Shown here: positions 24,909 to 35,938 of the stretch, in pieces
How positions within the stretch are numbered: position 1 is the stretch's first letter
Layout: every line of letters begins with the position of its first letter
Source: Octopus sinensis
Lineage: Eukaryota
Direction: 5' to 3'
NCBI RefSeq assembly: GCF_006345805.1
Contig: NC_042998.1
Span: 153,822,001 to 153,886,000, forward strand
DNA length: 64,000 nt
Position numbers and translations under genes: made by a program
Notes under the pieces: model-generated
Told to the model about the DNA's origin: nothing
What the model saw: the letters and a program-made list of their open reading frames with translations, nothing else
Databases searched by the model: none

Positions 24909-25116
24909 CCCTTTAGCATTCAGATTACCCTGTCAAATGTAATGATTATTTATTCCCATTGTTTGGAATTAATCAAGCATTATCTCATATCTTTGAAATT
25001 TTGATGATGTGCTCATTTATTTTTCGAATGACATTGTGGGATATGTGTGAAGCCAAATCTGGCTGATTTCATAAAACAGGTAGGATATCTGAGCTGGATA
25101 CTGTCTGCTAAAGAGT
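24909..25116. mobile_element. piggyBac-type MITE (208 bp)
   Basis: TTAA-ccctttagcattcag...gtctgctaaaagag-TTAA; the end resembles the TIR of the piggyBac at 11005-13576. Confidence 0.82.
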
Positions 25117-26239
25117 TAAAGAATTTAGCCAAGTTTTTTATCTGCATATGTCCCAGTGTGGAGGTGAAGACACTTTTAAATTGTTCACTGAGTACTTATC
25201 CTTTTTGGGTTTATTGAGCCATTCCCTTGGAACAATGACCCTATTTTATATCTTATCGTGGTTGTTTTCTTTGCAAATTTATAGAAAACTTTCCACAGCT
25301 CTGTTCTCTCCCTCTGCTGTTTCCTTTTTCATGAGTTTGATTTTCTTTTCCATCTCTAGGAGTGTTTGTATTAAAAATAGATTTATTCCTACTCTTCAGA
25401 TTCCTACTCAACCAGTTTCAGACCTTTGATCTTCATCTCTTTTTTGTGGAGGTTACCTTTTCTTTGTGTAGAGCTTTGTGTATATTCATTTCTTTAAATT
25501 TTTATCTACAATTTTTATGTACACACTAATTTTCGTAAGTCACATACGTCTATCTCACATGTAAATCTTTGTAATTCATATTAGTAAATGAAACGTGTAA
25601 TGGAGAATAAATAATACCAGAAAATTTCTACTTTCATGTTTTGTTTTGATATATATATATATATATATATATGATTATATAAGCTAGGAGAAATAGGTAG
25701 GTGTCATAACTATGTACTTGCACATTCTAACTATTTTTATGCAGTTTTCCTTGTATTTTTAGTTATTTTCATTTCCTTGTCATATTTCATTAATATTTCC
25801 ATTTTTTTTTTATTAGTTTTAGGAAAGGACACATTGGGTTGCTATTTTAAAATAAAACACACAAAAAATGCAATAATGCATGTGTGTGTGTGAAACATGA
25901 GCACACAAACACACACACACATTATATAAACTAGCAGAAAACCATCTGGAGGGCAGTGTTTCTGCTTGCAAGACAGATATTGTGAACAAAGTTTTATAGT
26001 ATCCCAGTGCAGTGAATTGAGTCCTTCAGCAACAATCATTCCTCCATCCAACTTATCTATCCACCCAGAAATTAGGAGCTTTTGTTCATTATGAATTTAA
26101 GAGTTGCCTCTGGTATCTTAAAATACTAGGAAGTTCAACATCTCTTTTTTTTTTTTAACTGAACAACTACTAGAAGAAAGAGGATTTTGAGATATGCATC
26201 ATCTCATCCATTCAAAGGTTTCCTAATGTACAACAAATA

Positions 26240-27450
26240 CCCCTTTCGTTATCAACCCACTTGTAAATCCCTGAAAATCATTTTGGTTAATGGCACTAAA
26301 CTGCCCAATGGCATCCAAAATGACAAATACGTATTGAAATGAGAATTTCAGTGTAAATTTTGTCCGACGAGGATGTCAAACTGGTCGCTCCTCGCGGTGA
26401 TATAGAGGATCTTCGTCGATGCCTCCACCAAATTTGGAGATGGTCTAACGAATGGGACCTGTGTCTGAATGTGTCAAAGTGCTGACATCTGCCTGTTGGC
26501 TCTCCTCCTGCAACTTAACTTGATTTCGAGCCGGGTCGTCTGCTGCTGAAGAAGACCGATCAGGTAAAGGACCTGGGTATCTTGGTGGATTCTTCCTTTT
26601 CGCCTTCGGCCCAGTGCGTCCATGCTGCCAACAAAGCACGCGGAGTTCTGTTCTTGATTCGACGGTCATTTGGAATGCTCACAGCAGCCATATTCCTACC
26701 GCTCTATGTCACGCTGGTGAGACCCATATTGGAGTACGGCATTCAAGCCTCTTCTCCTTATCTCCTCAAAGACATACAGCATCTCGAAAGAGTCCAGAAG
26801 CTGGCTACCCGCATGGTTCTTGGTCTCAAGAATTTGTCTTTATTCTCTAGAAAAACGCTGCCGCCGTGGTGATCTCATTCTTGCTCACAACATCATAAGC
26901 GGAAAGTGTAACCTCTCGAAAGAGCTGTTCTTCACTCCTGCTCCAGAGTCATTCTGAAAAGCTCTATCTGCAACGATTTCATCTCAATTGAAGGAGAGGG
27001 GCTTTCTCCGTCCAGGTTGCAGATCCGTGGAATAAGCTGCCGGACGAGATGGTGAAGATGCCGACGACCACTCGGTTCAAAGTCTCCCTTGACCACAAGT
27101 GGCCTGAACTCTTTACATGAACTGTACATAACTCCATGTCCCCCTACATGGCCTTGCTTTTTGAGCCAAAAATTAACTAACTAACTAACTAAGTACATTT
27201 GTGAAAACATGTGATTTCATGATGTAAATAATTGAGTTCCACTATCTTGTGAATGCTGCAAATTTTTTTCACAATTTTACCCCAGTTTGATTATCTGAAA
27301 TGTTCCAGACAAAAACTGGATACCAGTTTGATGTTGAATTCAAGGAATTTTTTAACAAAGACATGGTAAAATCTAGCAAAATATATGGTGAACATCAAAA
27401 ACCCTTGTGTGTGATTATGAATTGGATATTTCTATTTTCAAAAGTGAAAC
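26240..27450 (+). mobile_element. Degenerate non-autonomous piggyBac-like fragment (host of the LINE at 26360)
   Basis: Starts ccctttcgttatc; segments 26330-26355 and 27190-27450 align by eye with 35939-36300 and with the left end of 28684. Confidence 0.5.
26360..27190 (+). mobile_element. 5'-truncated CR1/L2-type LINE of a distinct, GC-richer family
   Basis: DVKLV..LRRCLHQIWRWSNEWDLCLNVSKC; LYVTLVRPILEYGIQASSPYLLKDIQHLERVQKLATRMV; (AACT)n tail at 27175-27191. Confidence 0.88.
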
Positions 27451-28683
27451 ACTAACATTTGGAGAGTGACTGCTACTGCTAACATAACATTGAGGAATTT
27501 AAATAGGTTAATGGAACCTGTTTTATGAGACATTACCCACACAGTTTTTCTTCTGAGGATGGGCACCTGAAATATAAAGGTTTTGTGAAATTTTCCACAT
27601 TATCAGAAGTTTTACTATTTTCCCTACTTTTCCCCTTCTTCAATATTACAATGCTTCAAGCGAACTACAGTACTAAAATTTTAATAATTTTATACTTTAT
27701 GGAATTTACGTATATTTATCTGTAATTAGATTTGCTTTCCAAAAATCATATCTTTTGTGTTTGGCTGCACTGTTTTGAAATTTTAAAATTAAGTGAAAAT
27801 TTTCAGATTTGGTGAATTGATGTAATTTTTCACACTGAATCTCAGGGACTACTTCACTTGTTCTAGGAAAATTTCTAAAAAAGTTAGAGCTTTAAAATTT
27901 GATAGTTTTCACCATGTCAGAAAACAGGATTTGGAAGGTGTCATTTGTGTGACTGCAATTGTAAGACGACAAAACAATATTGTCGACATTGTGATAACAT
28001 GTTTTAAGAATTTGATAAGTGTAAAGTTACTAAAAGCAAGTAAACAACACATTTTGTAGTTTTAGGCATTCAATATGCATTTAATACCAAAAAAAAAAAG
28101 ATTGATCATCACATTTTCTAGTTTTAAGAGCAGAAAAAGAGGCATACAAGCAGAAAAACACAGCGTGAAATATCAGTTTGTAAACACGTGGTTTTTTGCA
28201 AACACTTTTCCAACACTTGGCATGTTACTATGGAAACAGGTACCTATATGTCTCTGGATTCTGATTGGCTAAAATTAACCAAAATTTGAAAACTTTAAAA
28301 GCTATTAACTATTTATTTATAGATTTATAGCAGAAATGAATTTCATGTCAATACATTACATACAAAACTACATCAATACACCAAATTTCAAATCAATTGG
28401 AACAAAACTGTGGCAGCCAAACAGAAAAGAACCCCAAAATCAGATTAAACTAGACATACAAAAAAAATTTTGTTGTTTTAAGAAACCAGTCTAAATTCAC
28501 TGCTATTTGAAACACCTAACAGGTATAGTTTGGTTAGAAATATAGTTAATGACTGGGTTACTGTCATCTACTCTTATTGCAATAGCCATACTCATCTCAG
28601 AAAACTACTTGTATGAAGAGACCCTACATTTAAAATGTTAGTAAATTAATGTTTTTTTTTTGTTTTTTTTTTTCAATTCTTAA

Positions 28684-30159
28684 CCCTTTCGTTACCAAAC
28701 TGCCCAAAGCCGCCCGAAAAAAGTTTTGGTTCATGTGACCAAGCCGCCCAAACCCGCTCGTAATTACCTATTCATATTTAAATGAGAATATCAGAGCAAA
28801 TCTCGTTAGTACATTCGTGAAAACATGTGATTATACTTCGTAAACAGTTCATCTACAGTTTTGTACAATGATCGACGTGTAATTTTAATTCCCTGAATTT
28901 TGGGAGATTTTTTTCCACATTTTTTTCGGCATCGGTTTTTCTTCAACTTTGAAAATGGATAGGAGTTTCATGTTATCAAGCATTGATTCCGAATTTAAAG
29001 CTTTTTCAACGGAAAATAGGGAGATATCGAGAAAAAGAATGAATGAGGTTTTAAAGCATGTGGTGTACAAAATAATGAATAGGATATTTTTTTATCCGTT
29101 AACCAAAAGCAGTGATTCCGAAGAAACAAATCGGCGATGGCGACAGCAAAGACGATTTTACATCGGAATGAAGTAAAAAACTTTTTAAATGTTTTTATAA
29201 GCAATTTTTCTGAGGAGATAGAGTTTATCTATAGTCTTTCTTAGGAAGCGAAATCATTAGACTTTTATTTTTTTCAGTATGCTTGTTTGGAGCGGTCACT
29301 GTGGAAGCAAACTGTTACGCAGAATGTAAACAAACACAAAATCGGGGATCAAAGTTTGGAAAATTTGTGAAGCAAATACTGGGTACTGTGTGGATTTAGT
29401 TTTTATACAGGGAAACTAATGTTAGTGAGCACGGCTTAGGGTACAATGTGGTCTGGAAGTTATTGTTTGAAGCGATCAATGCGGAAACAAATTTACGCAG
29501 ATTGTAAACAAATACAAAATGGGGGATCAAATTTCGGAAAATTTGTGAAGTAAATACTGGGTACTGTGTGGATTTAGTTTTTATACAGGGAAAATAATGT
29601 TAGTCAGCATGGCCTAGGAAACAATGTGGTCTGGAATTTATCACTTCCATACCATAACCAGGGCTGTATATTATTTTTTGACCGATTTCTTTAGTTCGGT
29701 CAAACTTGCGGTGGATTCCAGTATTTCACTTTATTCCACCTTTATGGTACACCCGTTGTGCATTAAATTCAACTAATGATCTAGTGATGTGCACAATTCT
29801 TCTTTATCAAAATTTTGTTGCATACCCATTTGAATATTAGCTGATGATTCATTTTCTATGGTGATGTTTAAACAAAATTTTAATATTTTTACCTTTTGCT
29901 CAATTTAGAATTTTAATATTTTTAGCTTTTGCTCAATTTACCTGGATTTACCTGTAATTAAAATCACTTTGAGACAAAAGTTATGCAATAGAATTGATTA
30001 AGAACCCTTTCTTTAATTATGTTCCAAATATCACATTAATATGTTGATAAGTAAAAAAGTTAGTTATTTAATGAAACAAGCCTAAATTCATGATTATTTT
30101 AGAATTTAATTGAAACTCTTGAGGGGTGTATTTTGGTCAGAAATATAGTAACGAAAGGG
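28684..30159 (+). mobile_element. Non-autonomous piggyBac deletion derivative
   Basis: Perfect 12-bp TIR ccctttcgttac with TTAA on both sides; internal transposase relic WGIKFRKICEVNTGYCVDLVFYTG..HGLGNNVVWNL..YHNQGCILFFD, present twice in tandem (about 29285-29640). Confidence 0.93.
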
Positions 30160-30988
30160 TTAATCAATAGCATCTAACTGATACATACAGATTACACTGA
30201 AATATCACTCAAATTATTTTCTCCAAGTTTTCTTTCTCTAATTCATTAATAAATAAATAAATAATATAAATAATCATAATAATAATAAATAAATAAATCA
30301 TTAATAAATAATATTATCAAATTCTAACTCAATGCTTGAAGTAATCCACCACTATGTGTAAAAATTGAAAGAAAAAATTCCAGGGAAATATAATTGATAA
30401 AACACAAGTAAACATATATGATGCATATAGGAGGTCTTTTGACGAGATCTTCCTAAAATGAGATGAAATTGTTCCTTGCACAGAAGAATGCTTAATTCTT
30501 GTTTTATGACCCTAAACAACATGTGGTTACTTATAGCAAAGGACTTTAAGAATTATACACTGATGTCGATGTAATTGACTTAATCCCTTTGTGTGCCCTT
30601 GTTTGTCTCCTCTATGTTTGGTCCCATGTGCGCAATAAAGAAATAAATATAAGACTATAATTGCCTGCTGATAGCTGTGCATATGTGTGTGTGTTTAAAT
30701 ACGTATGCATGTATAAAATGAATAGACTGAGTGCATGCGTACGTAACAATATGGGACTGTGTTTGAGTGAGTATATGAATATATGTTGTTGTCTGTGTAT
30801 GTTTGAATAACAACAAGAAATTATGCAATTGTCAGCCTGTATCTGCTTAGCAGTTAGGGTATTCGGCACACGATTGAGATTTCGAAAACCAGCAACGCGT
30901 TATTACACAGTAATCTTTCAGTTCACTCAGCTAGAAAAGAAAGTTGCACCTGTAATTCACAAGGGCCAGCCTTGTATGTATGTGTGTC

Positions 30989-31039
<51 letters not shown>

Positions 31040-31062
<23 letters not shown>

Positions 31063-31397
31063 AAGTTTTGCTTTCTTGTTGCTTGACACAAACATTCTAC
31101 ATGTGCACGCACACACACATGCTTTCCCTCCTTCTCTTTCTCTCTATCTTTATTAATGTGTTTGTGTGTATCTTTCTTTTTCTCTCAACACTTTCATGCA
31201 AACTGATATATCAAAATATACACAATCAACATTTCTTTTTGGACAGTAAGTAAATTTTTATGCTTCATTATTATTGTTATATTATTTTCATCATCATTAT
31301 CATTACTTTTTTGAATGGTTTCAATCATCTCTATTCGTCTGTTGTTTCTACTGTTTTCTTTGTACTGTTATCTCTACTCTACATTTTTTAAAACTTT

Positions 31398-31464
<67 letters not shown>

Positions 31465-31795
31465 AAGTTTTGCTTTCTTGTTGCTTGACACAAACATTCT
31501 ACATGTGCACGCACACACACATGCTTTCCCTCCTTCTCTTTCTCTCTATCTTTATTAATGTGTTTGTGTGTATCTTTCTTTTTCTCTCAACACTTTCATG
31601 CAAACTGATATATCAAAATATACACAATCAACATTTCTTTTTGGACAGTAAGTAAATTTTTATGCTTCATTATTATTGTTATATTATTTTCATCATCATT
31701 ATCATTACTTTTTTGAATGGTTTCAATCATCTCTATTCGTCTGTTGTTTCTACTGTTTTCTTTGTACTGTTATCTCTACTCTACATTTTTTAAAA

Positions 31796-31830
<35 letters not shown>
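31040..31830. repeat. Direct tandem duplication, period about 402 bp
   Basis: Block cacaaagttttgctttc...ttaaaactttt at about 31059-31398 and 31461-31800 appears identical apart from (TA)n length. Confidence 0.9.
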
Positions 31831-31833
<3 letters not shown>

Positions 31834-31837
<4 letters not shown>

Positions 31838-32645
31838 CATTAATGGAATTGTATCTTTGTGGTACCAGTGCCGGTGGCACACAAGAAAACCATCCGAACG
31901 TGGCCGTAGCCAGTACCGCACCGACTGGCCTCCGTACTGTGGGCACGTAACAAACACCATCCGATCGTGGCCGTTCGCCAGCCTCATCTGGCACCTGTGT
32001 CGGTGGCACATAAAAACACCATCCGAAGACCCAGCAAGACTAGTCAGGCCATAACCTGTGGCCCCTACCTGGGACGTAGTCAGTCCACCTGTGCATACCT
32101 TCCTTCTTGTGACACTTGTGAAGACCTGTTGAGGCAAGTGAAAATCAAAACAAATCAAAATAGATGAACATCAATGGAATTTGTATCTTTGTGGTACCAG
32201 TGCCGGTGGCACATGGCACACAAGAAAACCATCCGAACGTGGCCGTAGCCAGTACCGCATCGACTGGCCTCCGTGCTGTGGGCACGTAACAAACACCATC
32301 CGATCGTGGCCGTTTGCCAGCCTCATCTGGCACCTGTGTCGGTGGCACATAAAAACACCATCCGAGCGTGGCCGTCTGCCAGCCTCATCTGGCACCTGTG
32401 TCGGTGGCACATAAAAAACACCATCCGAGCGTGGCCGTTTGCCAGCCTCGTCTGGCACCTGTGTCGGTGGCACATAAAATCACCCACTACACTCTCAGAG
32501 TGGTTGGCGTTAGGAAGGTCATCCAGCTGTAGAAACACTGCCAGATCTGACTGGACTGGTGCAGCTTTCGGGCTCCCCAGACCCCAGTTGAACCGTCCAA
32601 CCCATGCTAGCATGGAAAGCGGACGTTAAATGATGATGATGATGA
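31834..32645 (+). mobile_element. RTE 3' UTR-only insertion with internal duplication and a roughly 60-bp VNTR
   Basis: Repeated unit tggcacataaaaacaccatccgagcgtggccgt..gccagcctcatctggcacctgtgtcgg; canonical RTE tail to (gat)n. Confidence 0.85.
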
Positions 32646-32657
32646 TATATATATATA

Positions 32658-34363
32658 TCTTATTATAAAAGGCAGATTTTATCTGCCTCCCTTTGTAACT
32701 TATAGAAATCTACAATATAGGATTTCTTCAATTACAATTTACCTAGCATTTTTAAGAGTAGAATGCATCGGGTCATGCCAGGTCCAATTTTTAAAATTTA
32801 AACTCCAATTAAGCAAAATTTACAGAAAACTCACATTCTGGTGTGTATGTCAAATGCTTTTCTTAATGTGGTTTACACCACACGCACACACACACACACA
32901 CACAGTGTGCAACGAATAAAATGAAAGTAAATAGCGACAGAGTGATTTGAGGAAGACTAAACTGAAAGTATTTAAACCACTACTCAAAAAATAAAAAAAC
33001 ACAGCAAACAGAAACAAATAAATACATAACGATTTACTCCTCACACAATTTCTTCAATTAGAGTTTACCTAAGATTTTTCAAAGTACTCCATTCGGTCAT
33101 GCCATAATATATTTCTTTCAATTTCACCCCCAATTAAGACAAAATTCGAGAAAACTCAATATTTTAACATTTCACTCCGAAAGCATTGATGTACATGTGT
33201 TCGTTTGTGAGTGTGTGTGTGTGTGTGTGTTTGATGGGTTGTGCGACACAGAAAGTGTGGTGTGTAAGTGAAGTGCTTTTGTTAGTGTGTGTAAAGAGAC
33301 AGACAGAGTGAAAGACAGAAATAACTGAACTTTTTTTATTCACTTTTTGTAGTGAGTGACTGAGAGAGAAAAGAGAGAGGTTATGTATGTATATATGTAT
33401 GTATGGCTTCAGTGACACACACACACAAAAACACATGCCTACGTACACCTAAAACACGCACACACACACACACACAAGCGGAGCGCGAACTTCAAAATTT
33501 TGGTAGTATTAATTTGCGAGCGTACTTCTAAGCGCGCGTAATTGAAAGTTTTCACTATGATATCATCACGTGCGAAAAAATTCGAAGGGTTTTGAACAAC
33601 TGAGATACAGATGTCACGCCTGTATTGAAACCATTGCTAAGCTGCCGTAATTGCTTAATTAAGACTTTGTTTAAATTGAAAGGGGCAAATATGTGACGAG
33701 GTTGAAAAAAAATACCCCAGAAAAAAAAATGTACTGCTGGTATTATTATTTAAGTTTTAAAAATTATTTACTTTGTTCAAAAAATATTAATATTAATTCA
33801 CTACTATTTTGCTACAATGTCATGAAAAAGAAAAAATTTAGGTATGTAAATCGAATTCGCCACCCCCTTTTCCCCGTTCGCGTTTGTGTAAAAAAAATTA
33901 TTATTTAAGTTTTAAAAATTATTTACTTTGTTCAAAAAATATTAATATTAATTAATTTTCAAGAATTATTTAATTTTATTCTGTAAAATAGTAATTAATT
34001 CATTTATCTGTAAATCCGCGAGGTTGTTACTCAGGCACCTAGAATGGTAACCTTCAACTAACACTATCTCCTCCGAGACCCTGCGGCGCAAGTTGACCAA
34101 AATTGAGAGTATGGTAGAAGAAGGGTTGCTCTTCCTTCCGTAGAACATAAAATTCAAATCGGACCATGTTAACACCAAAAATTATTTACATCAAAAAGAT
34201 GCTTTTTTCTATGAAAATCCCTATTTTTTACGATTTTTTCACTGCTGTGTCGCCACTTTTTGGTGTATTTCGACCAGAAAAATGTTCACAAAATTTTTAC
34301 TTTTCAAAATTACAATTCCAGCGGGTCGAAACAAACCCGAGCAACGCCGGGCGATACTGCTAG
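32658..34363 (+). mobile_element. Complete non-autonomous Helitron
   Basis: 5' TC (a|TCttattataaaagg); 3' hairpin cccgagcaacgccggg followed by CTAG|t; A|T insertion site, no TSD. Confidence 0.9.
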
Positions 34364-34449
34364 TATATATATAATATAGAATAAAATTTTTCAAAAAAAT
34401 TCTATTAATGGCCAGCATATTAAAAAATACCTTTAAAGGTTAAATTCAC

Positions 34450-34745
34450 AAACAACTTATAAATAAGGGCAAAAGAAAAAAACTCTAATGCCAAATATGC
34501 CGAAAAGAGACAAATCGTCAATAACTATATAATTCATCACTATAAGCACGCATCTCGAAGTAAGCCAACAGAAATTTCTAAAAAACTGTTATTATCGATA
34601 ATAAAGGAATTTTTTAGAAATTTCTGTCGGCTTACTTCGAGACGCATGCTTATAGTGATGAATTATATAGTTATTGACGATTTGTCTATTTTCAGCATAT
34701 TTGATATTAGAATTTTTTTCTTTTGCCCTTGTTTATAAGTTGTTT
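34450..34745. repeat. Diverged foldback inverted repeat (arms about 147 bp)
   Basis: Centred on ttattatc|gataataa (34589-34604); arms complementary with scattered mismatches. Confidence 0.9.
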
Positions 34746-35762
34746 ATATATATATATATATACACACACATATATGTATAAATATATATATGAAATGTAT
34801 GTGTGCATGTGTTTGTGTAGTGTGTCAATTATTCGATTGATATTTTGTACAACTTTAGCAAACCAAAACAGATTCATTCATCGTCATCATTGTTGTCCTT
34901 GTGTTGTCTCTCTCATTTCCAGCGTTTTCATCACTCTTCTTCACTCATGTCATATCTCTTTGTATGATTCTGCTTAATAAAGAAACAAATACAAGTCGCA
35001 CAAATTGGGATGCACACAACAGCTGCAGCAACAAAAAACTAAGGATAAAAGTACAGTAGAGCAGCAACTGTTGCTCCCTGTGTTTAATCCAATTTTCACC
35101 ATTCACCATTGCAAGTCCCACATAATGTGGGAAACTCTATGAACAAGGGAATCTTGCTTACATGGTTGCTCTGACTTGCTAGAAATAACAGTGAAATACC
35201 CCTAAAAATCACACAGTGTATGCCTTGTTTAGTTTTAAAGGATATATTTGATAATGTAGTATTAGGCAGTATTAAAAAGATTGCATGGGTTTAGCAGGAA
35301 TGCAGCAAGTACTAAATAAAATAAAGTTTTTTTGATATGAATGAAATTGTGAAGATGAAATCAAGTGCTCAAAAAATGGCATAAAGTTATCAATGATGAA
35401 AGTAATTCATATGCTCTCACTTCATTTAAAACATCATACTATAACTGTCTCAGACTACTGTCTTTTAAAATCTTGAAATTTAGTATATATATTCAATAAA
35501 GATATCATATAATCAGAATGAAAATTAAATTTTCTAAATTGCATGTGATTTCTCCGGAATTTAAAAGACCATTGGCAAGCTGTGGGAGCAATAAGCAGGA
35601 ATGGGTAATTGCTAAAAACAGAATATAGTAAGTGGTACTAGCAAAACAGGAGCTCATAGAAGGATACAAGAATTTTCTTTACTAAACATCCACATGAAAC
35701 TTTAAGTATTTATAAATTCCATTTGCATAGCAAAGAGAAATAAAAATACAAATTATACTTAC

Positions 35763-35813
35763 TGACATTCGTCCTCATCTTTCTTTTTTGGTTGATAATT
35801 TTTTACCAATTTC
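35763..35813 (-). CDS. FNBP1L: 51-nt internal coding exon of a Cip4/FNBP1/FNBP1L (TOCA) F-BAR protein
   Basis: Acceptor ttttcttttttgtcttttcag with branch-like ctaat upstream; donor gtaagt; the only open frame gives (R)KLVKNYQPKKKDEDEC(Q/H), matching the LR-x-LVKNYQPKKK segment I recall from Drosophila Cip4 (vertebrate FNBP1 LSKKYQPKK). Phase 2-2 as I recall for vertebrate exon 3. Orthology from memory, not a database search. Confidence 0.8.
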
Positions 35814-35938
35814 CTGAAAAGACAAAAAAGAAAAATATTAGACAAATAAAAATCCAAAATAGTGAAATACTAGTAAAGTTTGTTTTAATGATATACTAAA
35901 ATAAAAATATAAAAATTGCAAAATTATATTTGCTTTAA

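Larger units (their letters stand above)
23025..25560 (-). mobile_element. CR1-group LINE 3' half, interrupted by a MITE and a SINE
   Basis: Homologous to ORF2 of the 48005-52400 element (EGLVPNF, WILRSLRTRD, LLQHYDWVL, NYRAIS, KFAKKTTT..IGSLFQ). The frame continues AKFF|NIVALQ across the TTAA insertion. Confidence 0.88.

Noticed and set aside
31860-32480. Regular roughly 60-bp repeats, superficially CRISPR-like
   Set aside because: No unique spacers; lies in an RTE 3' UTR in a eukaryotic context; no cas genes.
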